Shown here one piece after another: positions 39,084 to 53,800 of a stretch of 64,000 bases of DNA (its first letter is position 1; every line of letters starts with the position of its first letter). Source of the stretch: Lingula anatina (Eukaryota > Animalia > Brachiopoda); contig CM120649.1 in the NCBI GenBank assembly GCA_051362555.1, positions 5,518,001 through 5,582,000 on the forward strand, given 5' to 3'. Position numbers and translations under genes: made by a program. The notes below the pieces were generated by a model. The model was not told where the DNA came from and searched no databases. It was given only the letters and a program-made list of their open reading frames with translations.

Positions 39084-42000
39084 AATACGCGCTATAATAC
39101 CAGTAGGAAAGGCACTCTCCAGATACATGTATGTATCTAAATAATTTAGAAAGAGAATGTCATCAAACTTGAGACTACCATAACATCACCTAGGTATGTA
39201 AATAAAATATATACAGCCTCAGCTAGTATGCGTGTTTTCCAAACAGGCTTTATTTACGCATTGTAAAAGTACTGGTGATACCGGTGTGACAGGAATGGTA
39301 GTTATAGGATTACTATTCATGTAGATTTACGTAATTTACTCTTCTGCTTAAGATAGCGATCATTGTCAAGTTGGACCAATAACCGCTTAACGATAAATTG
39401 TACTTATTTAGTAGTCCTACAATGAAGGAATGGAATTCCGGGCTCCCATCTGATTAGAACAGGTTAGGGTTAGTTGGAGTATTGAGGTTAGTATATGGGA
39501 CGAATGTTACCTGTACAAAGTAATGGGGAAATGACTACAGTTTTCACCGGACTACCATTCCTGTCAATCGGATACATATCACGCAGTCTTCAATCTTCAA
39601 CCTAATATATTACATATATGTACTAGCAGTATTTTCTATATAAAGGTTTTCTTTACTAATAAGCATATGTCATTATAGTGATGTATCATTGTAAGGCCAC
39701 ATCCTTTTTTTTTTTTTTTTAATAATTTTTTTTTAAATAATAGGCTAGAACCAATAAAATTGATTATTATCTAGATAGACTTTCTATTATAATTTCGTTT
39801 TTTTTTACTTTGTCTGCAGGCTAGACGGAATCTGCAGCAAAATGTTACCATATTTATGTAACTCTTCTGTAACATGCTAACATTTAATCACTTACCTAGC
39901 TGACTTATTATAATAGTACTCAGGTTAAATTTGGCTTCTTAAAATAAAAATACGTTTAATTTTGTCGATTCCTTAAGTACAATGTACATTTTGTGACGAT
40001 GTAATGTGTTAGTTGAGAATGTTTTATATTGCTACCGTTAGATGTCTCTATGAGTAAAGTATAGGCCGGTGTGATAGTTTGAATCTCTCTTGTGATTGGT
40101 AACTTAAAGATAAAACTGTCCAATCGACCTCTTAGCTCTACTCTTAGTAGCTCCTCAGAGGCCTCTTTGATCATCTCACGTGCCTGTATTCTTGACTTAC
40201 ACCAGTGAGTCACGACTGACCAGCCCGGGAGCCACTGGTCTGCCGCTAGGTGGCTATTAAACAAACCGGAAGTTCGAGAATTTGAATTGGGCAATATTTT
40301 TTGAGATTTATAGGGTGTCATAAACGGTGTATTATCTCGGCTATTAACGTACTTGGGGTTACAATATGTACATTGTCATATTGAGAAATAAATTTCGAAT
40401 AATGTGAGATGACCCAAAAGTTGATCTACAGCATATTTAATGTTGAAAAATGAGTTTGAAATCGAAATTTTATTAAAGCTATTACGGAAGTTCGTTTTTG
40501 ATTTTGATTTTTGTACCTATAGAGGCCTCCGCACAACTTGAAATTACTACAAGTTGTGGAAAATTTATTCAGCTTTCTGTCAATGTAAGCATGTAAAGAA
40601 CTTTGCCTTAAGCTGTGAATGGCACAAATCAATTCACGGCCATGTCAGCCTGAAAACTCTCACTTACGATATCCGCATATAAGCCTCGCTTTGACTTAGT
40701 GCTTTCTCATGAGCTTCAGTCTCGTTTTAGTTTTTCCTTCACACAGTATTACTTATATAGAGCAACTGGGTATTGGGGACAATGAAATAATCGTTTTCTT
40801 GGCACTTACCACGGTGCTAATACAAATGAACTTTAACATTTTTTTTCATTGTAGATAAACCTTTTTATTACATGAGGCCAACTGATGAGGGTATTCCTTT
40901 CATTAAATATGAAAAATAACAAATGAAAGACAATTTACATTTAATCACATTGCTATATATTTTATTTTAATTTTACATAAAATTCAACTAGCCTGAAATA
41001 TTTTACCAGTGAGACATGTACATTGCAAAATAGTTATTTTACATTGCATTGTACGTTAATTACCCAGTAGGTGATAATTCAATGCTACTTTACTTGATTG
41101 GTACACATTTATATATATTTAACCATCTAACACACAATTTCCCTTTACACAATGGACCAGAATTTTTACAAATAATATAATTTCATAAATTTTCCCAAAG
41201 ATGTCATGTTAATTTTCTTTCAGTGATACCAGGTATCAATCCATATTTGCATTTGAATAAACTTGTTTTACTTGTATTCTGATAAGTAGATATTATCTAT
41301 AAGCTACACATATATAAAAAAACCTGCACAGTAAAAATAAAACAATGTATTGTTAACTTAGTTGCACATACACTTTTAACTAACTTCATGTGGTTAAAAC
41401 CTAAATTGATTTCACAAACTGCATTTCTATGTACTGGTAACCAATAACTATTTATATTAGCAAGAGCACATACCCCTGTATTTTTCATCCCTTAGAAGTA
41501 TCCCAGAGGTTGTGGTGTTCATTGCCACACAGTATTTGGAAATGATGGGCGCTTTTGTTATGATAATTGCACGGCAAAAGGAATAATCCTGGTCCCATTC
41601 ATGCTATTCAAGCCTAGAATAAATAATAGAGTTTTTAAAAGAATATCATAAAAAAATTCTAACTGCATTTATCAATTGCTCACACACATACACACTGAAA
41701 TTAATCATAATTTTTTGCAATCTTTGTAATAGGTAAACTGTAACAATCAATCTTAAACAGCACTATATTTACAATCTTTACCTTAAACTGCACTATTTAT
41801 ACTTAATTCATAACAGTGATTATTAAAAAAACATTTGAAACTGAACTTTGGGCAAAGTTGCACACCCATCATAATTCAAAAACCCAATTTGAATCAAGGC
41901 ATGAAAAAATTAGAAAACACATGCAAGTCAGAGCACCACATCACTATCATATGCCCTCATCATTGAAGAGCCTGTTTCATTTAATGTACATACACACATA

Positions 42001-42959
42001 CATATATAAATTTACCTTTTTTAAACTTGCATTTTTATGACATTCTTCTCCTCAAAACCCCCAACCAATGCAATAAAACTTATTTTGTGTTTACATGTTT
42101 TTTTTCTAAAAAAATTAACACAATTGATACATTTAACCCCTCCCCCCCCCCCCCCCCCGCCCCCAGCAAAAAAGACATAATTTACGATTCATATATTTCA
42201 AAACATGCCTATGGTTAGTTTACAATACTGTATCTTTCACAACTACTGGTACCAATGCCCCCCCCCCCCTCCCCACCGCTTTGCAAACAAGCACTGGTAC
42301 ACCACGATATGCACATACGTATACGTGTATGCAGGTTGGATGACAATGTAATTTCGCAATCCACTTCATCCTTTTCACATTAAAACACGAAGAAATTGCA
42401 TGAGAAGCCAAGATTCAAACATTTCACTTATACGGTGACATTCATTCCATGCATGAGACCAGAAAGCCAATGCTATCACTCGATCAACTAAATGATAGGT
42501 ACCCGGCACGGTGAATATACAGCTTGTTGGAAATGTTGAAATTCTACAAATTACAGGCCATCGCACATCTTAAAAATTTGATATGTTCAAAAAATATTGC
42601 CAAACTATGAAAAAACAGGAACAGATAAAGAAAAAAACCCTTAAGCTGCATTTGGCACAGTTCAAAAGTCAATGTTTACAATGACGTTTTGTGTGCGGCC
42701 ATTTTGCTAATCGCCAGTAACTTTAGAGAATACTCAGTGAAATCGATACAAGAAGACTTATTCGGTGTATAAAATGTAACTTAAGCATATACTGTATTGT
42801 CCCGTCAAATTCATTAGTATTTAAATCTACTGTTCATTCCACAAACACATGTACAACTTACCTGTCTCTATGCCTTCGTCTCCCGCCAAATTTTTTTGGG
42901 GCTACCACTCCACGTTTTGAAAACGAGGCCAAATCTAATATTTTCCAAAATAACCGTCA

Positions 42960-43640
42960 AATCAGCCAGTGGCTCCCGGGCTGTGACGGATCATGTCACT
43001 GGTGACTAGGGTTCCATTGTCGAGAAAAGCAAAGAGCTGGTGATTTTCCTCTGGTGTAGTGCTAGTAGGCGGTGCTGGGATCAAATTGAAATTGGAGTTT
43101 GAAGAGCCACTTACAATTTGCTGGTAGGCATGACTCAGTTCAGGTTTTGAGTAGTACTGACCTCCAGATAAACTGGCATACAAGTCCTCAATACTGGGAA
43201 TTGGATATTGTTTCACTCTGGATGCTGTGTTAATGGTCAGCTTATATCACCACAAATGCGAAATTACTCCATTGGGTTTCAAGACGGGAACAATGGGTGC
43301 TGCTTGTTGTACTGGACGTAAAAACTCCATCAGCCACAAGGCGTTCAAGCTCAGCCTCCACCTTGCCTGTCATAGCCAGTGGGACTGGACGTGGCCTACA
43401 GTATACAGGAACAGCGTTTTCATCAACATATAGTTTGGCATCCATGTTATTTAACTTCCCAAGTCCATGACTGAATAGTTGTGGGAATTTTGCAGGGTAG
43501 TCCTCTGAAGATACCTTGAATATAGGTGGCCAGTGCGGGGCAATAGCTTGTATCCAGTCACACCCCACCAGATTGGGACCGGAACCTTGTACCACATAGC
43601 AGGGCAGGCTGTATGTATTCCCTTCATAGCTGACAGGTAC
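42960..43640 (-). mobile_element. Decayed Gypsy (K02A2.6-like) pol fragment: protease end and RT start
   Basis: GSGPNLVGCDWI, PVYCRPRPVPLAM..KVEAELERLV and QYPIPSIEDLYASLSGGQYYSK..LSHAYQQI motifs, with frameshifts. Confidence 0.8.
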
Positions 43641-44088
43641 TCAACTTCTTAACGAAAAATCTTGTTTATGAATTAAAAAAGAATGCATTGTTGTCCAGTG
43701 ATATATTTCTTTCGAGAAAAAAGGTCAACTTCAATCAAATGAGAAGTGCCATGCATACGGACAGTAAAAAATTGTAACTCGATATATATAAATAGCGTTT
43801 TAGTTAACTATTCTTCTTTACTGATGAACGTGGTGAATTGTTTAATAATGCCAGACGTTTTAATAACAATTTTGGTTTCTTAAATGGTAACGACAAGAAT
43901 TTATTTTTGATTAGAAGTGATATGATTAATTTAGTTGCCAAAACTTTCTAAAGATTTCTAGAAAGAATTTTATTTATAAATGATGTTTTCAAGTATATTT
44001 TAAGTGATAGTCAGTCTCTCGTAATTCTATATAAAACTGCCATGTTTTATTGTTCTAAATTTGTATTTCTTTTTTTTTTATATTTTCT

Positions 44089-44119
<31 letters not shown>

Positions 44120-45710
44120 TTTTGTGACACTTAAATAAAATATATTGATCTTGATCTTGATAACTTGTGGGTTGCTGTCATATCAACAGTGCCAAAATAA
44201 AGGGCGTGACTGATGAAATAATTGCATGGCAGTATATAATTTTGCGTTGTAAACAGAAAATAAATTGAGAAAAACTAACCAAAGGCTTAAAATAACCAAA
44301 TTCTCATTAAATAATTTTCAAATAAGTTTCGACGAAAATACGGAATGAATCCATAAAAGGCAACAGACATTAAGATGATGATACATAATGATACTATGTT
44401 GTATGACACTTCCTGGCACGAAGTAGGTGATGGCATGCGTTTTATAAAGAAACTGAACACTGAGTAAAATAAACAATAAGCCCGAGGCGGACACACACAT
44501 GTTACAAACTCACAAACACAAAAATAACCATTAACCTTGACCCATCAACTAAATGCGTGGCAAACAACTCAAGGTTTCAAACGTGTCAGGATTCACATTT
44601 TAAGGCGAGGACGAACGTGGCGGGACTTTTTATAAATCTTGTGGTGTTTCGGACACTGTTTCTGGTGCTCTTATTGTCTTTAGGGTCATTCCATATCAAC
44701 TCATTCAGCGAGGTTACCCAACGTCAAGAAACTTGCTGATATCTACATATTGTGTAGACATTAAAGGGACTACGAAAAAAATAGAAACAGAAATGAATAA
44801 AAAAGACCTCCAGTGATATATATGCATATTATGATCAATCAAGTGCTACTCTTTAGGTAATTTAAACCTCCTTGGATACGAAACAATGGAGGGGAAATGC
44901 CTTCCACGAAAACTGAAAAAAAAAATTATTTGCGGTTTCATTTAACACGCGAAAATAAATAAAAGCCATTAAAGAACTATGGTAACAACTTAGCAAAACG
45001 TCATGGTACTGACTTTCTAACTCTTTTATTCATTTTTCGGATACAAAGCAAACATCAAGTCAAAGGAAACACAACTAAAAGATGTATAATTAACAATAAT
45101 CTAGAATAATAATTTCCGACGTAACAATGAACACACCAAAATGCACGCGTGGAATTAATTAATAACAAAACAAGGTCCCTGATTAAGAACTGCAGAAGCG
45201 ATTTTCTTATTCACCATTCTGTAGTAGTACATGTAGCATGTGGTCCTTACATCCTAAATATGATTTACTTTTATAACCACTTCAAATACAATTCCGTAAA
45301 TAATTTTTTTAAATCCCTTAAAAAATTAACACCTTTCCAAACAGTTCGTCATTGTCAATCAAATTCCTTAACTCATTTTTCGATTATAAAGCAAACAGCA
45401 AAAGAAGCATTAATAAAAGGAGCATCACTACATGTAACTGCCATCTGGGATAATGGTTTTACTGTTTTTGTTATGACGCTTAACATACAAAAATGCATAC
45501 TTGGGCTTTTATTAAAAAAGAACACACATAATGAAAAACAGACGCTGATTAAGGACCTCAGAAAGGATTTTCTCAAAAGTCAAAGTCTCTTGCACTAAGT
45601 GACCTTTACATGCGTGGTTTCGAAATATTCTTGGATATAATAATTAAATTTGAAAAGTTTTAATGACCATATACAGTAAGCCATGTGATAAACATATCTT
45701 GCCCTGAAGT

Positions 45711-48700
45711 TTATTTACCCCTGTAGCATCTGACACACCAACCATAATAGTATCTGTAATAGCAATACCGATAATAACCGAAATAGTAGCAGTAGCGTCT
45801 TAGCCTCAAGCAACGGCGCCAGTAGCAAGCTCGCTTCTGGCGATTACCTCCTGAAATATAATATAATATAATATAATATAATATAATATAATATAATATA
45901 ATATAATATAATAAGCGAAAATCGAGACAAAACCTCACATTCAATGCCCTTTTCACACTATATACAAAGTAATCAATGAATTTACTGCTCTGGCCCTGTT
46001 GTACATGTACGTATTGCACCGTGTAATGGTTAACATTTAATAGATTAATCTTGTGCGTACCTGTCGGTGCTTGGGTGCTGACGCCATCTGTAGTACTTTC
46101 GTCTTTCTGGGTAAGCCAGTATGCCTCCAAATCCCTGCAGAATTCCTGCATTCTGGGACTGAGGAAGGACTTGTCCTTGATCGGAGAAGTGTTGGCAACG
46201 AATCGCTTTTGTTCAATATCTTCATCTGTCGTATTTTCAACGGTGTTCTAATAATATGATGGTATAGGTTAGGTAACGGTTTTATTCAAATCTTGCACCA
46301 TTTTCATCTTAAAATGTCACTTTTTATCTTTAAACGTAATTAAGGGTAACGTATACGAAAAGATGTAAACTCCGATTCAAAGTCCGAATAGAAATCAGGT
46401 ACATCATACCGGTTGTTCCAAAGCGCTGGCCACGCCCTTGCTGTCAGTCTCTTCAGATTTGTTCATTGGAGTCAAGTAACAAGCAAACTTGTTGTTCATT
46501 TCCATCTTGTATACTACAAGACTCTGAAAAGATAAAAAACCGGAAATGCATTGTTGCTTAAATGATAGAATATTTCAACTGAATACTTTTATCGACCAAA
46601 TTGATTTAAAAAACAGGTTTATAAACATAATAGAAAAATATCCAAGAAAAAACTTTATTTGCACCTAAAACACGAAAATTAAAAGAACTTGACACTTCAC
46701 TTCTTATACACTGCTCTACTGATGCGTCTCAGCGCATTTGCAATTGGCCCTGATACAATCTGGAGGTTATAGCCCAGCACGCCGTACGGAGCGCTGAACG
46801 CTAGCAAACGGAAATATCTATCTCTGCCAGACCAAAAACTTTATCCCTGCTTCAACCCCTAGGTGCTGTGTGCCAAACACAACAGGATTGTTCATGATAA
46901 TAAAAATTGATAATCCTTATAATTAAGTTCTAGCACATTTTTACAAAAGTTTATGATCAAGCAAATACATAAGCAGCGTAATGAAACACATGTATGTATG
47001 CTATTGATATTGATGCTTGAATTGTTACATTTAGCAGGTAATTATATGGTCATTATTTAGCCATCTCGATAGATGTTTTATTGTGCCATACTGTGTTATT
47101 TTGTTTTGCCCATGTGTTTAGCCTTGCGATAAACTTATTATAGAATAATACACCGGTGAAGCTAAACACATGGCTCTACTTGTAACACTGCTAAACATGT
47201 CTAGCATTTTCTTCTGTGAGAAGCTTGAAAGGCTATACGTGTTGAGCTTTTATGCATATTTCTAACCGCGTTTAGGTGATAAATGTGTGTTATATGTGTT
47301 TAAAAGCTAAACACTGATTTTACTGTGTAGAAAAGTTTCCACACAGAATTCAGTAATTTTTATGCATATCAGCTTATGGGTAATAAACATTATTTACATT
47401 CTGGCAGAGTAAAATAAGCTTGCTTTAATAAAGTTTAGACGTTTTTGCAATAACCGTCTCTACTCACCCTTGAGTTGTCCATGGCAACGTGGAACTTCTC
47501 GTTGTTCACGTTGTACACGGTGATGTTGTCCTTCAGGTCAACCTGAACCTTTTCGTCAACTTTGTTCCCTTGCTTGTCAGTTAAACGGAGATGGTACTCC
47601 TGAAGAAATAATAATAATCATATAAGGTGATGATGGTGATGGTGATGAGATCATTGGTTTTGATTCTTTGCATATAATTCAACCGACTTCCCTTAAAACC
47701 AGACTATCGATACGTTTTCCAACAGAATATCGATATGTTTTCCAACTAGGTCTTTTTAAATAGATTTAAGCTTCTACTAAAGTGATATGTTTGTGTCATA
47801 AATGACAATTAGCAAAAATGTTTTTAATGATGATGATTATAAGAATAATAATTATCACCCTCTTTTTAGTGATACCGTATACCCACCTTCCACACATCTT
47901 GTGCTGCCTTGTTAGAGATGTGAACTGCTCCCAGCGTTCCACCGACAGCAACAGCAACAACAACAATGACAGCAACAGCAACAATGATGTACTTCTTGTA
48001 CGACGCCTTGGTCTGAAATACAACAAATTAAAAGATAAATTGGAACAAAAGGATTTGGAATATAATATAATTCGCATCACCAACTGTGTTGTAAAGTGTT
48101 TTGGCGAAATTATATTCACCATTTCCAGCATGGTAATTTCGTCAAAATATGAAAATTCCATATTAGATTTGTGTGAAATCTAACTTAAAATAATTTACAG
48201 TAACTTAGCTCTTGCCATGCATGCAATTTATTATTGAATAAAGATGCCGATTCCTTCATAGAGAAACTCGAGACCCAGTGCTCTGAAAATAAGCAAATGC
48301 CGGACGGATGACTGTCTTTTCAGAAATGAAAATGTCTAAATATCTGCTTAAGCCAAACTGTTTGCTTTACAGAATAATTTGAAGCGCTTTAAAAACTTAA
48401 CTCGCTAAAATAAAAAGAGGAATGAACCCCCCTCGCACATGTCGGTGAATAAACATTGTCACAATGGATTTTAGATAAAAACATGGTCTTTTTGACAAAT
48501 TTATTTTACAACATTGCAAGGCTAAAAAGTGGGCATTTACTACCCGAAGAAAAAAAAGAAAAAGAAAAACGATAAATATTGAAAACAAAAGCAACGCAAA
48601 TGCATCACTGACGCAACTGAAATGTTCACTTTTTGTGGAATGAATCAAGTTAGAATAAAGAATCCCTGGCCTTAACTAAGTTGAGAGACTTACCTCGGCG

Positions 48701-48780
48701 CTGTCACGTCGAGAGGACCCGCCATCTGTGATGACTGTCACGCCGGATTCGGCAGACTTTTCACTGATTGTTGGCAACAT
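45711..48780 (-). CDS. BRICHOS-domain peptide precursor, copy 5; exons 48780-48694, 48012-47887, 47599-47468, 46523-46410, 46247-46061, 45850-45711; mature peptide ACYWRRCLRLRRYCYYFGYYRYCYYRYYYGWCVRCYR(GK)
   Basis: GT-AG introns, conserved phases, intact frame, RQKR site, six Cys, GK-stop end. Confidence 0.9.
46709..47327. mobile_element. CACTA/EnSpm-related insertion in intron 3 of copy 5
   Basis: Starts CACTG and ends GCTAAACACTGATTTTACTGTG, flanked by TA. Its right ~220 bp resembles the right end of the 13812-15236 element. It accounts for most of the enlarged intron. Confidence 0.5.
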
Positions 48781-48904
48781 CTTGAAAATATAACAAAATT
48801 CTTCTAGCAGAGAGCAGCATTCAAGGCCTTACTTTTTCCGACCGATCGAGTTCGCCGTCTGCTGCGAGCTGGACGTACTCTCCTTTTTATGGCTGCAGCC
48901 ATCA

Positions 48905-49990
48905 CGAAAAGTGATCTTTGATAAACAAGTTTTCGATACAAAAGATAGAACAATGTCTTCCAATTTTTTAAGCAGAAATAAAACGCGATCAAGGGTATGT
49001 TTTCGACAACCAGGAAGAAATGGTAAAAATCTTAAGTATTTTTCAAAGTAAGATCAATAGTTGGGCAATTTACCAAACACCCATACGAAACAAAAGCTGT
49101 AGTATACCAAATAAAAGGCACGGGAGTGATCTCTGACAAACAAGTTTTCGATGGAACAATGTCTTCCAAGTTTTTAAGCAGAAATAAAACGAGCTTTCAT
49201 ATGTTGATGAGGCTGGAATGTTTTCAAAATATCCCGCGCTGCTATTCAGAACATCAACCAGGAAGAAATGGCAAAATCCATAAGTGATTTCTAAGTATCT
49301 GATGAATAGTTAGGTAATATGAACAAACATCTAAACGACACAAAAGGTGAAATAAACCAATGTCAGCGCTCGAAAAGTGATCTTTGATAAACAAGTTTTC
49401 GATACAAAAGATGCATTAATGTCTTCCAAGTTTTTAAGCAGAACTGAAACGAGATCAAGGGTATATTTTCGACAACCAGGAAGAAACGGTAAAAACCTTA
49501 AGTGCTTTTAAAGTAAGATCAATAGTTGGGCAATTTTACCAAACACCCATACAAAACAAAAGCTGTAGTATACCAAATAAAAGGCACGGGATTGATCTCT
49601 GACAAACAAGTTTTCGATGGAACAATGTCTTCCAAGTTTTTAAGCAGAAATAAAACGCGCTTTCATATGTTGATGAGGTTGGAATGTTTTCTAAATATCC
49701 CGCGCTGCTATTCAGAACATCAACCAGGAAGAAATGGCAAAATCAATAAGTGTTTTCTAAGTATCTGATCAATAGTTAGGTAATATGAACAAACATCTAC
49801 ACGACACAAAAGGTGAAATAAACTAAATTCAGCGCACGTAAGGTGATCTTTGACAAACAAGTTTTCGATACAAAAGGTAGATTAATGTCTTCCAAGTTCA
49901 TAAGCAGAAATAAAACGTGAGTTTTAATGTTGATGAAGTGGGAATGTTTTTGAAAAAAAAAACGCCCTGCTTTTAAGAACATGACAGCGA
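48905..49990. repeat. ~470-bp tandem duplication of the upstream/promoter module of copy 5
   Basis: GTGATCTTTGAYAAACAAGTTTTCGATACAAAAG recurs at ~48911, ~49377 and ~49843. The first two units are near-identical along their length. Confidence 0.8.
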
Positions 49991-50778
49991 GGAAGAAATG
50001 CTAAAATCTCTAAGTACTTTTTAAGTACCTAATTAATCATTAGGTAATTTTATTAAATATTCAAACTATACAAAAGGTGTAAAATTCCTTCCGATGAAAC
50101 TAGAAAAAAATGTCTTTCTTTTTTTGCAAAAGAATATATATATATATATAATCTGCTCCCTTGCACGTTTGTAGGGAGTCTATCAAAACACCCAAGTGCC
50201 AATAGGAAAATAAGGGGAGCTACGCTGAGGTTTAAGGCTACCGAAAATCGCAGTGATTCCCTGGAGGGAGAGAGAGAGGGAGAGAGAGAGATTTGGTAGT
50301 TCCTTTCTTCATTAAAATATTTCAAACTGATACTGTAAGATTGGGTTTTGGTCAGTGCATCTGTTACACCCCAACTTGAACATCGTTATTTACGTTATGT
50401 GCTAGTCATTTGTAATAAAAAAACGCGCTTTCATTTGTTGATATGAAGGGAAACAAGCATTCACGCGACACAAAAGGTGAAATAAATCAAATTCAACACA
50501 CGAAAAGTGATCTTTGACAAACAAGTTTTCCATACAAAAGATGGAACAATGTCTTTCAAGTTCATAAGCAAAAATAAAAAGCGTTTTCATATGTTGATGA
50601 CGTGGGAATGTTTTCAAAATAAAAGAAACGCACTTCTCTTAAGAATATGACAACGAGGAAGAAATGATAAAAAACCGTAGGTATTTTTATGTACAGACAC
50701 AGATGTGTCTGTACATATAGCCGTCACCTGCGTCTGTCGTCGCCGTTGCCGTTGCCGTTACCGTTGGCGTGCACTTTT

Positions 50779-51890
50779 ACCGTAAACACGATAAGTGGAA
50801 AACGGTTTTACATTTTGACTTGAAACTTACAGAACTGATGAATATTCATAATATTCAGGTCAAGTTCGAAAATCAGCATGATTGGGCCATTTTTAGGGAA
50901 GTTATGCTGTTTTTTCACTTTTTTCAGCATATATGCAACACCGTAAACACGATAAGTGGAAAACCGTTTTACCTTTTGGTTTGAAACTTACAGAACTGAT
51001 GAATTTGTATAATACACAGGTCAAGTTCGAAAATCAGCATGATTGGGTCATTTTTAGGGAAGTTATGCTGTTTTTTCACTTTTTTCAGCATATATGCAAC
51101 ACCGTAAACACGATAAGTGGATAACCGTTTTACCTTTTGGTTTGAAACTTACAGAACTGATGAATATTCATAATATTCAGGTCAAGTTCGAAAATCAGCA
51201 TGATCGGGCCATTTTTAGGGAAGTTATGCTGTTTTTTCACTTTTTTCAGCATATATGCAACACCGTAAACAGGATAAGTGGAAAACCGTTTTACCTTTTG
51301 GTTTGAAACTTACAGAACTGATGAATTTGTATAATACACAGGTCAAGTTCGAAAATCAGCATGATCGGGTCATTTTTAGGGAAGTTATGCTGTTTTTTCA
51401 CTTTTTTCAGCATATATGCAACACCGTAAACACGATAAGTGGAAAACCGTTTTACCTTTTGGTTTGAAACTTACAGAACTGATGAATTTGTATAATACAC
51501 AGGTCAAGTTCGAAAATCAGCATGATCGGGTCATTTTTAGGGAAGTTTTGCTTTTTTTTTCACTTTTTTCAGCATATATGCAACACCGTAAACACGATAA
51601 GTGGAAAACCGTTTTACCTTTTGGTTTGAAACTTACAGAACTGATGAATTTGTATAATACACAGGTCAAGTTCGAAAATCAGCATGATCGGGTCATTTTT
51701 AGGGAAGTTTTGCTTTTTTTTCACTTTTTTCAGCATATATGCAACACTGTAAACATGATAAGTGGAAAACCGTTTTACCTTTTGGTTTGAAACTTACAGA
51801 ACTGATGAATATTTCTAATACGCAGGTCAAGTTCGAAAATCAGCATGATTGGGTCATTTTTAGGGAAGTTATGCTTTTTTTTCACATTTT
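50779..51890. repeat. Satellite array, ~161-bp unit, ~7 copies
   Basis: ACCGTAAACACGATAAGTGGAAAA recurs about every 161 bp with near-identical units. Confidence 0.92.
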
Positions 51891-52289
51891 CTCTGATTCA
51901 ATTCTTAGGCATGTTAATAGTCTCATTATTGAACTAATAAGATATGTAAAAGTGTTTTTTTTTTGACATTTCCTGCATCTTTACAACATTGTTAGTTGAT
52001 TATGTAAAAATGATGGTAAACTTGTTATCGTGTATTGTGTAATGAAGTGTCAAAAATGGAAATAAACACATATCATCGCAGTTTGTCAGATTCAATCATC
52101 CACTATGTTCAGAATCTCAGAATGGAGGAAATTGGACATTTAATACTGTTCTATTGATATTTTTCCCATCTCATCAATTTTCTTAGTTGGTCATAAAAAA
52201 ATGGCAGTAAACTGTTAATTTTGTTTTATGTTAAAAAAGTGTTAAAATGGAAATAAACCCATTTCAGAAAAGTGCTGTCTTGTTTACAT

Positions 52290-53800
52290 TTTGGCATTTT
52301 CAAGATGTGACTTTGAAGTTCCATGGGCCTGAAGACCTTTGCTAGTCACATTTTCTGAATATCCATGATACTAATATTTTATTATTAAAAATTGATGGTC
52401 ATTATGCTGTTAAACATTATGCAATATTGCATCAAAATTTGAAGAAACCCCTATTTTGGGCACTGCTCCCATGATGACCATTTAAGGAAAATCATGTCAC
52501 TTACTGTTCTCAAACTTACAGGAAAGAAACATGGGACTAAAATACAGCTTAAGTAGGCAATGCAGTCTGTTTGGTAATTTTTTCTGGCAGTTAAACAGTT
52601 TTTTGTGAAAATTTAATTTTTCACATATTGGCATTTTCAAGGTGTGACTTTGAAGTTCTATGATCCTGAAGACCTTTGCTTGTCACATTTTCTGAATGTC
52701 CATGTTACTAATATTCTATTATTAAAAATTGATGGTCATTATGCTGTTAAACATTATGTAATGTTACATTAAAATTTGAAGAAACCCCTATTTTGGGCAC
52801 TGCTCCCATGATGAGCACTTAAGGAATATCATGTCACTTACTGTTCTCAAACTTACAGGAAAGAAACATGGGACTAAAATACAGCTTCAGTAGGAAATGT
52901 AGTCTGTTTGGTAAATTTTTCTGGCAGTTAATCAGTTTTTTGTGAAAATTTCATTTTTCACATATTGGCATTTTCAAGGTGTGACTTAGAACCTCCACGG
53001 GCTTGAAGACCCATGCTACTAGTAGTCACATTTTCTGAAAATCCATGATACGTGCATATTATTATTAAAAATTGATGGTCATTATGCTGTTAAGTATTAT
53101 GTAATGTTGCATCAAAATAGAAGAAAACACAATTTTTGGTGCTGCTGCCATGATAACCATTATGGGAAAACCGTGTTACTTATGACTGTCAAACTTTCAA
53201 AAAAGAAACACCGGACTTAAATGCAGCCTGAGTTGGAAAAGCGGTCTAATTGGCTTCTTTTTCTGGAAGTTATACATTTTAGTGAAAAATTCATTATTAT
53301 CGTGTTGGCATATTCATTGTGGGACTCGGAGCTCCCATGGACATGAAGCCGAATAGTAATCAAATTTTCTAAATGCCCATGCTATTTATAGTCAATAATC
53401 AAAAATTGGTGATAATTATTATATAATGTAATGTTACATCAAAATTGACAAAAATCTTTTTGCACTGCTACTGCAAACATTATGAAAAGAAAACTGTGTT
53501 ACTTATTATTATTTTTAACTTACAAGTATGATTTTTAGGATTGGCATGCAGTTCAAATTAGAAAGCCAGCTCAATTGGGTTATCTTTTATCATTGAATTC
53601 ATGCAATTTTGTGTGAAATTTTCATTTTTCTCATTCTGGTACTTTCAAAGTATAAACTTGAACTCTGATGGGCCTGAAGCCTTATGCTTTTACTTTCGTT
53701 GGTGTTACCTGTTGTGCATAATTAAAATTTGATGTTGACTGTGCAGTTAAACATAATGTATTGCATCAGAATTGGTAGTCTCCTATTTTGTGCATTATTG
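52290..53800. repeat. Degenerate tandem array, ~337-bp unit, ~4-5 copies
   Basis: TTGGCATTTTCAAG.TGTGACTT recurs at ~52291, 52628 and 52965, with more diverged copies at ~53304 and 53636. Confidence 0.7.

Noticed and set aside
39956-40321. 121-aa ORF partly repeated at 58777-59031
   Set aside because: The similarity reflects duplicated flank. The two ORFs differ by indels and show no domain or splice evidence.
45149-45598. 149-aa ORF downstream of copy 5
   Set aside because: It lies in duplicated 3' flank whose paralogous copies do not keep the frame, and it has no recognisable motif.
50769-51966. Series of near-identical ORFs (MQHRKHDKWKTVLPF...) and a possible CRISPR-like array
   Set aside because: These are translations of a 161-bp satellite. 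There are no unique spacers and no cas genes, and the context is eukaryotic.
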